This document shows, piece after piece, positions 1 to 11,031 of a DNA stretch of 53,680 nt (the stretch's first letter is position 1; each line of letters opens with the position of its first letter). The position numbers and the translations under genes are program-made. The stretch is from the sequence record SRR20825006_1644. One strand, written 5' to 3'. Below the pieces are notes generated by a model. The model was not told the DNA's origin. It made no database searches and saw only the letters and a list, made by a program, of their open reading frames with translations.

Positions 1-29
1 CAGGGGTTCGAATCCCCTTGGGGACGCCA
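1..29 (+). tRNA. tRNA-Glu, 3' part only (truncated by window start)
   Basis: CAGGGGTTCGAATCCCCTTGGGGACGCCA: T-arm with GTTCGAA, 3' acceptor strand GGGGACG and encoded CCA; matches the usual gammaproteobacterial tRNA-Glu 3' end. The anticodon is outside the window. Confidence 0.85.
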
Positions 30-45
30 TCTTTAAAAATATCGT

Positions 46-1110
46 CTATCTCACCCGCCTATTCATCCACCACGCCAGAATGGCAAACAGCATAGTCGGA
101 AACGACGATGCCAGCCACGGCAACAAGCCAAATACCAATCCCATGTGCTGAAAACTCTGATTAAACAGGTGAAAGCCAATCCCAATCAGGGCACCCGCCA
201 GAATCCTGCCACCAATTGGCGCAGAACGCAGCGGTCCGAACACAAAGGGCACAGCAAGCAATACCATCACTGCCGTACTCACGGGCATCATCAATTTACT
301 CCAGAAAGCCAGTTCATACTGGGCCACTGACTGATGATTATCTTTCAGGTATTTAACGTATTCCAGCAGATCCCACACCGGCAGAAATTCCGGCGGTACC
401 ACCACAATGTTGACCATGCCCGGGTTGAGTTGAGACTGCCAGCGGGCATGTGTCACTGACCGGACTTTGACCCCGGCCTCATTGATGGTGCTTTGCACTA
501 CATCAGTCAGAATCCAGCTGTCATCCTGATATTCAGCGCTGGCTGCGCGGGTCAGAATCCGCAGACGATGATTATCATCAAACTCGTAGATCGCCACATT
601 GGAAAAGCTGCCATCAGCATTGATTCTGTCAATATGATTGAAGTGGTTGCCATCTCGGGTCCAGAAACCATGTTCCGAACGCGAACCCACCGTACCGGTC
701 TGAGCCACCGACTGTAGCTGCCTTGCATACTGTTCGCTGACTGGCCGCAGCCCCTCGCCTATCACCAAAGCCAGCATCATAAATAAGACCGCGACCACAA
801 GCACTGCTTTGTTGATATCAACAATCGAATATCCTGCTGCCCGGATTGCCACCAGTTCACTCTGACTGGCCAGGTTACCAAGGCCAATCACGCTGCCCAG
901 CAAGGCCGCTACCGGCAGCAGTTCGTATATCCGTTTGGGCATGGTTAGAGCAATATAGCTGAGGATACTGCCGATGCCGTACTCACCATCCCCCAGATCA
1001 TCGAGTTCAGTAATAAAGTCCATAAAGGTGTACAAAGCCAGCAATACCAGTAACACCAGCAGCGTGCTGGCTAGAATATTTTTGGCGATGTATTTGGAAA
1101 GAATGCGCAT
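46..1110 (-). CDS. lptG: LPS export ABC transporter permease LptG
   Basis: YjgP/YjgQ-family pattern (LGNLASQSELVAIRAAG, periplasmic beta domain, C-terminal TM helices); directly downstream of lptF. Confidence 0.93.
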   Translation of the reverse strand: MRILSKYIAKNILASTLLVLLVLLALYTFMDFITELDDLGDGEYGIGSILSYIALTMPKRIYELLPVAALLGSVIGLGNLASQSELVAIRAAGYSIVDINKAVLVVAVLFMMLALVIGEGLRPVSEQYARQLQSVAQTGTVGSRSEHGFWTRDGNHFNHIDRINADGSFSNVAIYEFDDNHRLRILTRAASAEYQDDSWILTDVVQSTINEAGVKVRSVTHARWQSQLNPGMVNIVVVPPEFLPVWDLLEYVKYLKDNHQSVAQYELAFWSKLMMPVSTAVMVLLAVPFVFGPLRSAPIGGRILAGALIGIGFHLFNQSFQHMGLVFGLLPWLASSFPTMLFAILAWWMNRRVR

Positions 1111-2241
1111 TTATCGACTTTGTTTTGGTTTGTAGCGGGAAAGGTAACGACGCAGCGTCTGACGGTTAAGCAGCATCAACAGTACGATCAGCATCAGCAC
1201 ATGAACCCAGACACCTCCAAGCCAGATCGGGATATCGCCTTTGGCCACCCAAGCACGGTTCACGCCGAGAAGGTTGCTGTAGATGATGTAAATCAGCACT
1301 GCCGGAACAAAGCCGGCATAGCGACCCTGGCGTGGACCAGCATTGGCCAGTGGGATGGCTGTCAGACACAACAGCAATGTCATCAAGGCGGCGGCGGTGC
1401 GCCACTGCACTTCGGCAATATCGCGTGGCTGGCCCCGTTCGAGTAATGCCGATGTCGCCATTGCCTTATGGCGTTCACGTACTTCGCCTTCCCGGCCTTT
1501 TTCAATCAAAAGGCTGTGGGTACCGAATTGGGCAATCGTAAAATCCTGATCGCCGGCTTTACCCTCGTAACGGTACCCATCTTCAAGCACCAGAAATTTA
1601 TCACCGGTTTGCGAATCGATTTCAAAATGACCGGTCTCGGAGCGGAATATCAACGGTTTTTCTTCACGCTCGATCTCAATGAAAACGTTCTCCATAAACT
1701 GCTTGTCGGCACTGAGCCCCTGAGAATAAAAAGTCCAGTCACCGTCTTCACTCTCCTTGAAACTACCCGCAATCAGTCCCGTGGTGTTGGCGGAGATTTT
1801 GGCTTTTTCCTGAAGCTCATAACGATCGGATAAGACGCCCGGCACGATGGCCAGCGACAACACTGCAACAATCACTGCCACGGTACCGGCAAAGAGCAGT
1901 ACATTGCGCATAATGCGCAGACTGGAAATGCCGCAGGCCGACATCACGGTCAGTTCATTATCGGAACTCATCCGTCCCAGCGACAACATCACCGCCAGAA
2001 AAGCACCAATCGGCAACAGAATCGACAAGGCCCCCAGCGAGCTCAGGCCCAGCAGACTAAAAATAACATCGGCCGGCATATTACCGACAGCGGCATCAGC
2101 CAGGTAGCGGGCAAAGCGGGTGGAGATATAAATCAGCCACAACACGCCGGTCACAGCGACCAGGTTAATGACAAACTCCCGGAGCATGTAACGATCAATT
2201 ATCGTCAGCCAGGCAGAGATGGGGTACGGAACGTTGAGCAT
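1111..2241 (-). CDS. lptF: LPS export ABC transporter permease LptF
   Basis: IIDRYMLRE, LGRMSSDNELTVMSACG, AEVQWR and PRQGRY motifs; divergent from pepA as is typical. Start uncertain (ORF is open to 2286; ATG at 2241 chosen). Confidence 0.92.
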   Translation of the reverse strand: MLNVPYPISAWLTIIDRYMLREFVINLVAVTGVLWLIYISTRFARYLADAAVGNMPADVIFSLLGLSSLGALSILLPIGAFLAVMLSLGRMSSDNELTVMSACGISSLRIMRNVLLFAGTVAVIVAVLSLAIVPGVLSDRYELQEKAKISANTTGLIAGSFKESEDGDWTFYSQGLSADKQFMENVFIEIEREEKPLIFRSETGHFEIDSQTGDKFLVLEDGYRYEGKAGDQDFTIAQFGTHSLLIEKGREGEVRERHKAMATSALLERGQPRDIAEVQWRTAAALMTLLLCLTAIPLANAGPRQGRYAGFVPAVLIYIIYSNLLGVNRAWVAKGDIPIWLGGVWVHVLMLIVLLMLLNRQTLRRYLSRYKPKQSR

Positions 2242-2338
2242 TAAAGGCGTGTCTTGGTTAGAATAAAACGTTTGTTTTTGGCACAATCAAATTCGAATTA
2301 AAGAAGTCTAAACCAATTCATCCCTACAGGAGAAATCC

Positions 2339-3832
2339 ATGCAGTATTTTGTCACTACCGATGCGCTGACGTCTCAACAGACTGATTGTCTGGTTGTCGC
2401 TGTTTACGAAGGCAGCGAACTGAGCCCTTCAGCTGCCCAGTTGGATGAGGACACCAGCGGTGCCGTGCAGCGTGTCATTGATGGCGCTGACATTACAGGC
2501 AAGGCCGGACAGACCCTGTTCATGTACCACCCGGAAGGCCTGAAAAGCCCGCGTATTCTCCTTGTTGGTGTCGGTAAAAAAGGCAAAACCACTGAAAACG
2601 ACTTCAACTCGGCAACCACGGCAATGGCGCAGGTGCTGAATGAAAGTGGTGCGCAAAACGCAGTTTGCTGTCTGGCAGAAGTCGAACTGGGTGAGCGGAC
2701 TGCAGCCTGGAAAGTCCGCCAGACCACGGTCAATACAGAAACGGCGCTATATCGCTACAGCCACACTAAAAGTGAAAACAAACCGATTGAGAAACCGCTG
2801 ACCCAACTCAGCTTTGCTGCTGATGATGCCGATACGGCGGCGCTGGGTCAGGCGATCGATCAGGGTGCTGCCATTGGCCGCGGTATGAACCTCGCGCGTG
2901 AACTGGGCAATTTACCGGGCAATATCTGTACACCCAGCTATCTTGCCGAACAGGCTATTAAACTCGGCCAGCAGTTCGACAGCGTAACCACCACTGTGCT
3001 CGACGAAGCGGAAATGGAAAAACTGGGCATGGGTTCTTTGCTCTCGGTATCCCGCGGCAGTCGCCAGCCCGCCAAACTGATTACGATGGAATACAAAGGT
3101 GCCGGCGATGCTAAACCGGTGGTTCTGGTCGGTAAAGGTCTGACCTTTGATGCCGGTGGTATTTCATTGAAGCCTGCTCAGGGCATGGATGAGATGAAAT
3201 ATGACATGTGCGGCTCAGCCAGCGTATTCGGTACCGTTCAGGCCATCGCTGAACTGGGGCTACCGATTAATGTGGTCGGCGTCGTCCCGAGTTCAGAAAA
3301 CATGCCGGACGGCGATGCCAACAAGCCGGGTGATATTGTTACCAGCATGGCCGGTAAAACCATTGAAATTCTTAATACTGATGCTGAAGGTCGCCTGATT
3401 CTGTGTGACGCTTTAACTTACAGTGAGCGTTTCGACCCGGATACGGTCATTGATATCGCCACGCTCACCGGCGCAGTGATAGTTGCTCTTGGCAGCGTCA
3501 CCACGGGTTTGATGGCCAACAATCAGCCGCTTGCCGACGCCCTGCTCAAGGCCGGTAACGACAGCTATGACCGCACCTGGCAACTGCCGTTGTTAGAGGA
3601 TTATCAGAAACAGCTGGACAGTAACTTTGCCGATATCGCCAATGTCGGTGGTAAAGAAGCCGGCAGTGTCACCGCAGCCTGCTTCCTGTCACGTTTTACC
3701 GAGAAGTACAACTGGGCTCACCTTGATATCGCCGGCACTGCCTGGCTCGGTGGAAAAGCCAAAGGCGCAACTGGCAGACCGGTACCATTGCTAGTCCAAT
3801 ATCTGCTGAACAAAATCGAATCACAAAGCTGA
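2339..3832 (+). CDS. pepA: Leucyl aminopeptidase (M17)
   Basis: VGKGLTFDAGGISLKP, MKYDM and NTDAEGRL motifs; AGGAGA Shine-Dalgarno; pepA-holC-valS synteny. Confidence 0.97.
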   Translation: MQYFVTTDALTSQQTDCLVVAVYEGSELSPSAAQLDEDTSGAVQRVIDGADITGKAGQTLFMYHPEGLKSPRILLVGVGKKGKTTENDFNSATTAMAQVLNESGAQNAVCCLAEVELGERTAAWKVRQTTVNTETALYRYSHTKSENKPIEKPLTQLSFAADDADTAALGQAIDQGAAIGRGMNLARELGNLPGNICTPSYLAEQAIKLGQQFDSVTTTVLDEAEMEKLGMGSLLSVSRGSRQPAKLITMEYKGAGDAKPVVLVGKGLTFDAGGISLKPAQGMDEMKYDMCGSASVFGTVQAIAELGLPINVVGVVPSSENMPDGDANKPGDIVTSMAGKTIEILNTDAEGRLILCDALTYSERFDPDTVIDIATLTGAVIVALGSVTTGLMANNQPLADALLKAGNDSYDRTWQLPLLEDYQKQLDSNFADIANVGGKEAGSVTAACFLSRFTEKYNWAHLDIAGTAWLGGKAKGATGRPVPLLVQYLLNKIESQS

Positions 3833-3834
3833 AC

Positions 3835-4263
3835 ATGACCCGAATCAGCTTTTACGTGCTGAAATCGATTGAGCCGGAACAGCGGCAGGCTTTTGCCTGC
3901 CGTCTGGCTGAAAAGATTTACCATCAGGGTCAGCAAGTCTACATTCACACCGAAAATGCCACACAAAGTGCCGAGCTTGATGAGGCCCTGTGGGCAATCC
4001 GTCCTGACAGCTTTGTCCCCCATGAACAGGTTAACCCTGGCAACAATAACAATAGCCCGGTGCTTATCGGTCATGATGAAACCACGCCGCCAAGGCTGAT
4101 GGATGTACTCATTAACCTCACCGAGCAGCAACCCCTGTTTTTCAGCCAGTTTGAACGGGTGGCCGAAATCATCGACGACAATGCCCCGGTCAAACAGGCC
4201 GGCCGCGAACGTTTCCAGTTCTATAAACAGCGCGGTTACGAACTCGACATCTTCCATATTTAA
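3835..4263 (+). CDS. holC: DNA polymerase III chi subunit
   Basis: ACRLAEK, LDEALW..SFVPH and RERFQFYKQRGY motifs; synteny. Confidence 0.95.
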   Translation: MTRISFYVLKSIEPEQRQAFACRLAEKIYHQGQQVYIHTENATQSAELDEALWAIRPDSFVPHEQVNPGNNNNSPVLIGHDETTPPRLMDVLINLTEQQPLFFSQFERVAEIIDDNAPVKQAGRERFQFYKQRGYELDIFHI

Positions 4264-4361
4264 GCCCTGGCCAGTGCATTTCCGATTGCGGCTGACCACG
4301 GCCTGCTTGAGCAGGTATAATGCCCTGCTTATTTAACGACTTAGACCTGAATAAAAACAAG

Positions 4362-7118
4362 ATGGAAAAAACATACAGTCCTGACGCGATTGAAGAACGC
4401 TGGTATCAGCAATGGGAACAGGCCGGCGAGTTTAAACCGACCGGCGAAGGTGATCCTTACTGCATTATGCTGCCGCCACCTAATGTCACCGGCAGCCTGC
4501 ACATGGGCCATGGTTTCAATAACACCATCATGGACACGCTGACCCGTTACCATCGGATGAAAGGTCATAACACCCTGTGGCAGCCCGGTACCGATCATGC
4601 CGGTATCGCCACCCAGATGGTGGTCGAGCGTCAACTGAATGCTCAGGACAAAACCCGCCATGATCTGGGTCGTGACAAATTCATCGACCGGATCTGGGAA
4701 TGGAAAGAAGAATCCGGCGGTAATATCACCCGTCAGCTGCGCCGTCTTGGCTCTTCACTGGACTGGTCACGTAACCGCTTCACCATGGACGACGATCTGT
4801 CCGAAGCCGTTAAAGAGGTCTTTGTGCGGCTTTTCGATGAAGGACTGATTTATCGCGGCAAGCGACTGGTCAACTGGGACCCGGTCCTGCATACCGCCGT
4901 CTCCGATCTGGAAGTCTTATCGGAAGAAGAATCCGGCCATTTATGGCATTTCCGCTATCCATTAACCGATGGCAGCGGACATCTGGTGGTCGCCACGACC
5001 CGTCCAGAGACCATGCTCGGAGATACTGCAGTGGCGGTCCATCCTGAGGATGAGCGCTATCAGGACCTGATTGGCAAAACCATCACCCTGCCTCTGGTCG
5101 GGCGTGAAATTCCGATCATCGCCGATGATTATGTCGATCGTGAGTTCGGTACCGGCTGCGTTAAAATCACACCGGCACATGATTTCAACGACTATGAAAT
5201 GGGCCAGCGGCATAATCTGGAAAAGATCAATATTCTGACCCCGGATGCCGCAATCAATGACAACGCACCGGAAAAATATCGGGGTCTGGATCGCTATGAG
5301 GCGCGTGACGTTATCGTTCACGACCTGAAAGAACTGGAATTGCTGGAAAGCATTCAGGATCACAAACTGATGGTGCCACGCGGTGATCGCAGCGGCGCTG
5401 TGATCGAACCCTTCCTGACCGACCAGTGGTATGTCAAAGCCGATGTGCTGGCAGAGCCTGCCGTAAAAGCCGTGAAAGAAGGCAAGGTTAAATTCGTGCC
5501 CGGCAACTGGGATAAAACCTTCTTTAACTGGATGGACGGCATTCAGGACTGGTGTATTTCACGACAGATCTGGTGGGGACACCGAATCCCGGCCTGGTAT
5601 GACAATAACGGTCATGTTTATGTCGGTCATGATGAAGCTGAGGTGCGTCAAAAGCACAAGCTCGCTAAAGACGTTGAACTCGCTCAGGATGAGGACGTAC
5701 TCGATACCTGGTTCTCCTCTGCCCTGTGGCCATTTTCCACGCTGGGCTGGCCTGAGAATACTGATGCCTTGAAAACCTGGTATCCCACCAGTGTGCTAGT
5801 CACCGGTTTTGACATTATCTTTTTCTGGGTCGCCCGGATGATGATGATGGGCCTGCACTTTATGGATGATGTGCCGTTCAAGGAAATCTATATTCACGGC
5901 CTGGTCCGTGATGCCTACGGCCAGAAAATGTCCAAGTCCAAGGGCAATGTACTGGATCCTATCGATATTATTGATGGCATTGATCTGGAAACGCTGGTGA
6001 CCAAACGTACCAGCGGTATGATGCAGCCCAAACTGGCTGCCAAGATCGAAAAAGCGACCCGCAAAGAGTTTCCAGAAGGTATTGCGCCACACGGCACTGA
6101 TGCCCTGCGCTTCACTTTTGCCTCGCTGGCTTCCACCGGTCGTGATATCAACTTTGATATGAACCGGATTGCCGGTTACCGCAACTTCTGTAACAAGCTG
6201 TGGAATGCCGCGCGTTATGTGCTGATGAATACCGAAGATCAGGATACCGGCATTGATAATAACGATGTCGAACTGAGCCTGGCTGATCGCTGGATTATTT
6301 CCCAGTTGCAAAGCACCGAAAAAGCCGTGACCCGTGCCCTCGATAGTTATCGCTTTGATCTGGCAGCACAGGGCATCTATGAATTTATCTGGAACAATTA
6401 TTGTGACTGGTATCTGGAACTGTCCAAACCGGTACTGACCTCAGAAACCGCTTCGGAAGCCGCCAAGCGTGGCACCCGCCGCACGCTGGTTCGGGTACTG
6501 GAGGCAACTTTACGGCTGACCCATCCATTTATGCCGTTTATCACCGAGGAAATCTGGCAGACCATCGCACCGTTGGCCGGTGTTCAAGGTGAATCGATAA
6601 TGCGTCAGCCCTACCCTGTCGCAGATGAGAACAAGATCGATGAAGCCGCTGTGGCCGAGATGGAATGGGTGATGCAGTTTATTACCGGTGTACGCTCGAT
6701 TCGTTCGCAAATGAACATCCCGCCGAAAAAACAACTGCCGGTCCTGCTCAAAGATGCCCAGGCTGAAGATAAAACCCGGCTGGACAATAACCGCAACTTC
6801 CTCAGTCGCCTCGCGAACCTGGAGTCGATTGAATTACTGGAAGCTGAAGCACCCGCTGCCGCGACGGCGCTGGTCGGCAAGATGGAAATCCTGATCCCAC
6901 TGGAAGGGCTGATTGATAAAGATGCCGAGATTGCCCGTCTCAACAAAGAAATGAGCAAGCTCGACAAAGTCATCAAGCAATCCTCCGGTAAACTTGCCAA
7001 TGAAAACTACGTGGCCAAGGCTCCGGCTGAAGTCGTTGCCAAAGAGCGTGAAAAGCTGGAAGAAATGCAGCAGGCCTATCAACAGCTGGAACTACAGTTG
7101 AAGGCACTCGGTGCATAA
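4362..7118 (+). CDS. valS: Valine--tRNA ligase
   Basis: [13 protein letters not shown] (HIGH), [17 protein letters not shown] and C-terminal coiled coil; start set at MEKTY. Confidence 0.98.
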   Translation: MEKTYSPDAIEERWYQQWEQAGEFKPTGEGDPYCIMLPPPNVTGSLHMGHGFNNTIMDTLTRYHRMKGHNTLWQPGTDHAGIATQMVVERQLNAQDKTRHDLGRDKFIDRIWEWKEESGGNITRQLRRLGSSLDWSRNRFTMDDDLSEAVKEVFVRLFDEGLIYRGKRLVNWDPVLHTAVSDLEVLSEEESGHLWHFRYPLTDGSGHLVVATTRPETMLGDTAVAVHPEDERYQDLIGKTITLPLVGREIPIIADDYVDREFGTGCVKITPAHDFNDYEMGQRHNLEKINILTPDAAINDNAPEKYRGLDRYEARDVIVHDLKELELLESIQDHKLMVPRGDRSGAVIEPFLTDQWYVKADVLAEPAVKAVKEGKVKFVPGNWDKTFFNWMDGIQDWCISRQIWWGHRIPAWYDNNGHVYVGHDEAEVRQKHKLAKDVELAQDEDVLDTWFSSALWPFSTLGWPENTDALKTWYPTSVLVTGFDIIFFWVARMMMMGLHFMDDVPFKEIYIHGLVRDAYGQKMSKSKGNVLDPIDIIDGIDLETLVTKRTSGMMQPKLAAKIEKATRKEFPEGIAPHGTDALRFTFASLASTGRDINFDMNRIAGYRNFCNKLWNAARYVLMNTEDQDTGIDNNDVELSLADRWIISQLQSTEKAVTRALDSYRFDLAAQGIYEFIWNNYCDWYLELSKPVLTSETASEAAKRGTRRTLVRVLEATLRLTHPFMPFITEEIWQTIAPLAGVQGESIMRQPYPVADENKIDEAAVAEMEWVMQFITGVRSIRSQMNIPPKKQLPVLLKDAQAEDKTRLDNNRNFLSRLANLESIELLEAEAPAAATALVGKMEILIPLEGLIDKDAEIARLNKEMSKLDKVIKQSSGKLANENYVAKAPAEVVAKEREKLEEMQQAYQQLELQLKALGA

Positions 7119-7150
7119 TGGCCTGCTGACAATCGCTTGTCTCCGGACAT

Positions 7151-7186
7151 AAAAAAAGCCGCTGAATGACAGCGGCTTTTTTGTTT
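7151..7186. terminator. Bidirectional intrinsic terminator between valS and the PepSY gene
   Basis: AAAAAAAGCCGCTG-aatga-CAGCGGCTTTTTT between convergent genes. Confidence 0.9.
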
Positions 7187-7200
7187 AAAGTGAATAAGCT

Positions 7201-7755
7201 TTATTCTTTTTCCATACCGATTTCATAAAGCTCGATATTCGCTTCTTCGATTTCGCCGGTGGCAGCATCCACATCGACTTTGACTTCATAGCCGTGAATA
7301 CTTTGAATATCAAACTCATAGGTCGCGTCACCATCAAAGCCGACTTCCATTTCAGAAGCGACCACTTCGCCGGGATGAAACATCAATGCGGTCTCACGCG
7401 CTTCATCCTGTGAAATTTTAGCCAGCTTCTTGAAAGCGGGATCATTCGCGTCGACTTCACGTTCGACTTCAGTAATAAAGCCTTCTTCGGCATTACATTC
7501 GACATTGTAGGTATTGCCGTCGGCATCTGCTTCAATATCAAACTCATAAATCGGATCGTCGCCTTCCATCTTGAGTTCAACTTTACGCGCATCACCGGGA
7601 ATGGTATCGAGTGCCGCATCGAGACAGGTTTCGATTTTGACGATATCCCAGTCACGAATATCATCGAGATCGTAGTTATCACTTGCCGCGAATACGGAAG
7701 AGGATAAAGATAATGCTATAGTTGCAGGGATTATTTTGATGACTGAAGTTGCCAT
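7201..7755 (-). CDS. Periplasmic tandem-PepSY protein, lanpepsy (LanP)-like candidate lanthanide-binding protein
   Basis: Signal peptide (..SVFA/AS); two PepSY repeats (YEFDI...VECNAEEG and YEFDI...VDAATGEI); very Asp/Glu rich; two Cys. The LanP assignment is inferred from architecture. Confidence 0.75.
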   Translation of the reverse strand: MATSVIKIIPATIALSLSSSVFAASDNYDLDDIRDWDIVKIETCLDAALDTIPGDARKVELKMEGDDPIYEFDIEADADGNTYNVECNAEEGFITEVEREVDANDPAFKKLAKISQDEARETALMFHPGEVVASEMEVGFDGDATYEFDIQSIHGYEVKVDVDAATGEIEEANIELYEIGMEKE

Positions 7756-7858
7756 TTAAAGCTCCTTTTAGAGATGAAAGATCCAAAAAACGATCAATCT
7801 CTACCCACAAGAGCAATGATCAAACTCATGAATAAAGTTTAACACTGAATTTTGAATT

Positions 7859-7873
7859 TAGGAATTTTTCCTA
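7859..7873. promoter_or_regulatory. Palindromic regulator box TAGGAA-TTT-TTCCTA upstream of the PepSY gene
   Basis: Perfect 6-3-6 inverted repeat matching boxes at 23794, 25751 and 25848; lies 17 nt from a minus-strand TAAACT (7836-7841), i.e. at the -35 position. Confidence 0.65.
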
Positions 7874-7915
7874 TACTCACATTTAACGACAGGTGATAGA
7901 AAAGAAAGTTTTTTT

Positions 7916-9610
7916 CTAAATACTGACCCGGCGATATTCACGGTAGCCGGCGGTCCAGGAATTGGCTTCTACAGCTTCCTTGAGTGCTTCTTGCGTTGTC
8001 TCTGCCGCCAGCCCCTGTTCCTGCGCGACCCTGATGACGGCATAAGCTATTGCTTTACTCAACTCCCGCACGGCACTCAGCGGCGGCAACAAAGCGCTGG
8101 TATTGTCTGTTGATAGTGGCGAGTTTTTTGCCAGCACTTCACTGGCTACCATCATCATTTCGTTGCTGATGCGGGAGATGCCCCCAGCCACCACGGCAAG
8201 GCCAATGCCGGGGAAGATATAACTGTTATTACACTGTGAAATCACAAACTTGCGCCCCTGATACTCAATCGGGTCAAACGGGCTGCCGGTGGCAATAATC
8301 GCCTGGCCGCCGGTCCAGTCAATCAGGTCCGCCGGCTGAGCCTCGACACGGCTGGAGGGATTACTCAGCGGGAAGATAATCGGCATCTCGCAATGCTGGT
8401 GCATGCTTTTAATGAGTTCTTCAGTAAATAAGCCGGGCTGTCCGGACACACCGATGAGAATCGTCGGTCTGGCGTGCTCAACAACCTCTTCGAGGCTGAT
8501 AGCATCAGTACCCAAGGACCAACTGTTGATGGCATTGTCGAACTGGGCCAGACGTTGCTGGAAGTCATAGAGCCCACTCATTGATTTAGTCAGCAGACCC
8601 GCTTTATCCACCATAAAGATTCGCGTTCGGGCCGCCTCTTCAGTCAAGCCTTCCTGACACATCTGGGCAATCAGTTGCTCGGCAATTCCGCAGCCGGCAG
8701 AACCGGCACCGGCAAATACAATCCGCTGTTCCGATAATTTCTGCTGTTTGAAACGGCAGGCTGCCAGTAATGAGCCGACAGCGATGGCAGCCGTGCCTTG
8801 AATATCATCATTAAAGCAGCAAATCTGATCCTGATAGCGTTCCAGTAAAGGTAACGCCTTGCGTTGCTCAAAGTCCTCAAACTGCAGCAATACGCCCGGC
8901 CAGCGGCGCTCGACGGCGTTAATAAACAGTTCAATAAATTCCTCGTATTGGTCGTCGTTAATCCGGCGATGCGGCCAGCCTATGTACATCGGATTATTGA
9001 GCAGCGTTTCATTATCGGTGCCGACATCCAGCATCACTGGCATAGTATAAGCCGGGCTGATACCGGCACAGGCGGTATAAAGAGACAGCTTTCCGATGGG
9101 AATCCCCATACCGCCAACGCCCTGATCACCGAGACCCAGTATCCGACTGCCATCGGTCACCACAATCACTTTGACATGACGCTTGGTGGCGTTATGCAGA
9201 ATCTCATCAATACGATAGCGATCGGGATAAGCAATGAACAACCCGCGGGCGCGGCGGTAGATTTGTGAGAACTTCTCACAGGCCTCGCCCACCGTCGGCG
9301 TGTAAATCACCGGCATCATCTCCTGCAAATGCTGCTCAAGCAGGTAATAGAAAAGCGTTTCATTGGTATCCTGCACCATGCGCAGGTAGATATGCTTATT
9401 GATAGCCGTATCGAAACTACAGTACTGCAGATAAGCGCGTTCGGCCTGCTCTTCAATCGTCTCAAAATGATGGGGAATCAGTCCGGTCAGATTGAAATCA
9501 CGCCGTTCCTGTTCACTAAAGGCAGTTCCTTTATTAAGCAAGGATGTGCCTAACAGCGCCGTGCCTGCATGGGGAATATAGATGGGATCCTGCTTATCTT
9601 TGTCACTCAT
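7916..9610 (-). CDS. maeA: NAD-dependent malic enzyme
   Basis: [36 protein letters not shown] and [10 protein letters not shown] motifs. Confidence 0.95.
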   Translation of the reverse strand: MSDKDKQDPIYIPHAGTALLGTSLLNKGTAFSEQERRDFNLTGLIPHHFETIEEQAERAYLQYCSFDTAINKHIYLRMVQDTNETLFYYLLEQHLQEMMPVIYTPTVGEACEKFSQIYRRARGLFIAYPDRYRIDEILHNATKRHVKVIVVTDGSRILGLGDQGVGGMGIPIGKLSLYTACAGISPAYTMPVMLDVGTDNETLLNNPMYIGWPHRRINDDQYEEFIELFINAVERRWPGVLLQFEDFEQRKALPLLERYQDQICCFNDDIQGTAAIAVGSLLAACRFKQQKLSEQRIVFAGAGSAGCGIAEQLIAQMCQEGLTEEAARTRIFMVDKAGLLTKSMSGLYDFQQRLAQFDNAINSWSLGTDAISLEEVVEHARPTILIGVSGQPGLFTEELIKSMHQHCEMPIIFPLSNPSSRVEAQPADLIDWTGGQAIIATGSPFDPIEYQGRKFVISQCNNSYIFPGIGLAVVAGGISRISNEMMMVASEVLAKNSPLSTDNTSALLPPLSAVRELSKAIAYAVIRVAQEQGLAAETTQEALKEAVEANSWTAGYREYRRVSI

Positions 9611-9745
9611 ATCGGCCGCGGCTCCCTGTGTTGGTGGCGAGTATCAGCTTCAGTATAAACCTGTACCCGATGGGGCTAGCAAGAGGGGCAATAGCCTGTC
9701 AGGCTATCAAACCAGCTGAACTGACGGCTGTTTGGAGCGATAAGC

Positions 9746-9782
9746 AAAAATAAAGCCCGGCAATATAATAACTGCCGGGCTT
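9746..9782 (-). terminator. Intrinsic terminator after hsp20
   Basis: AAGCCCGGCA...TGCCGGGCTT stem followed on the minus strand by TATTTTT. Confidence 0.7.
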
Positions 9783-9789
9783 ATGAGTT

Positions 9790-10227
9790 TTATTGATCGA
9801 CCTTAACCTCAATACGTCTGGGTTTGGCCTCAGCCGATTTGGGAATGGTGAGCTCCAGGACACCGTCACGGGTTTTGGCCGCAATATTCTCCAGGTCGGC
9901 TCTTTCCGGCAAGGTAAAGCGGCGGATAAAACTGCCACTGAAGCGCTCTACACGCCGGTAATTATTTTTTTCTTCCTCTTTATGCCCCTCACGCTGACCT
10001 TTAATCGTGAGCACGCCATTTTCGGCGGTCACTTCAATATCGTCTGACTTCACACCAGGCAGATCAGCATGGATGGTAAATTGATCCTGATCTTCACTGA
10101 TATCGACGGCCGGACTCCATTCCTCGCTGTTAAAGCTGCTTTCGACTGCCGGCGTATTGAATAAAGAACTCATTTCCCGCTGCAGTTCATCCAGCAGGCT
10201 CAGGGGTCTGTAACGTTGAATTGCCAT
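9790..10227 (-). CDS. Small heat-shock protein (Hsp20/alpha-crystallin)
   Basis: WSPAVDI, ADLPGV, ERFSGSFIRRFTLP and DGVLELTIPK motifs; GGAGG Shine-Dalgarno. Confidence 0.95.
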   Translation of the reverse strand: MAIQRYRPLSLLDELQREMSSLFNTPAVESSFNSEEWSPAVDISEDQDQFTIHADLPGVKSDDIEVTAENGVLTIKGQREGHKEEEKNNYRRVERFSGSFIRRFTLPERADLENIAAKTRDGVLELTIPKSAEAKPRRIEVKVDQ

Positions 10228-10282
10228 AATAAACCTCCAAAAAACATCAAGTTAATTAGAGAGACATGTCTTTCTGGCTAAA

Positions 10283-10312
10283 ATAATGTGTCCGCTCCTG
10301 CCCCTTTTCAAG
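10283..10312 (-). promoter_or_regulatory. Putative sigma-32 promoter of hsp20
   Basis: Minus strand CTTGAAA-N15-CACATTAT resembles the RpoH consensus CTTGAA-N13-15-CCCCATNT. Confidence 0.65.
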
Positions 10313-10377
10313 AGCAAATAACAAATTTTTTATTTAATATTTTTATGATTCGATATCAGTGACTTAGGTTGGGTAAC

Positions 10378-11031
10378 TCAAGGTTTAATCAGTCCCAGCA
10401 CCACCGCAATATTGGCCAGTTCAGCTGCTGTATTCACTTTGAGTTTGCTCTTAATCTGGGTGTTGTAATTCGCCACAGTTTTGTAACCCAGATGCAGATC
10501 ATTGGCTACGGCATGGGCAGTCATGCCCTTGGCCAGTCGACAAAACACATCGAATTCCCGTGGTGACAATAAATCCACAACTTCACGGTAATGCTCGATA
10601 TCCATGTGTCGCACATCATCGACTTCAGGCAAAAGCTTCTGTTCAATATACTGCTTGCCTTCAGCAACGGCTTTTACGGCCTCGGCCAAAACTTCGGCTG
10701 CACTGTTTTTGCTGACATAGCCTTTGGCGCCGGCCTGCAGTGCGCGCTCTACATAGATCGCTTCATCATGAATGCTGTAAACCAGTACAACGGCTTTAGC
10801 GTCCTGTTTATGCAGGCGGCGAATCGTTTCTAAACCGCCGATGCCCGGCATGGATAAATCCATCACTACGACGTCGGGTTGCAGACGTTCGTATTCCTGC
10901 GCCACCACTTCACCGCGATTAACATCTTTGATATCGCCAATAAAGGGCTCTGCTGACAGCAGAATACGGAAGCCGGCACGGACCACTTCATGGTCATCCA
11001 CCAGCAGAACACTGATATTATTATTCGTCAT
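10378..11031 (-). CDS. NarL/LuxR-family response regulator (MoxX/MxcE-like)
   Basis: REC domain (LVDDH, VMDLSMPG, GYVSK) plus LuxR HTH (LSPREFDV...KTVANY...KLKV); overlaps the kinase stop codon. Confidence 0.9.
   Translation of the reverse strand: MTNNNISVLLVDDHEVVRAGFRILLSAEPFIGDIKDVNRGEVVAQEYERLQPDVVVMDLSMPGIGGLETIRRLHKQDAKAVVLVYSIHDEAIYVERALQAGAKGYVSKNSAAEVLAEAVKAVAEGKQYIEQKLLPEVDDVRHMDIEHYREVVDLLSPREFDVFCRLAKGMTAHAVANDLHLGYKTVANYNTQIKSKLKVNTAAELANIAVVLGLIKP

Noticed and set aside
1-45. tRNA 3' end as an island integration site
   Set aside because: It is followed directly by housekeeping lptG; no integrase or duplicated tRNA end was seen.
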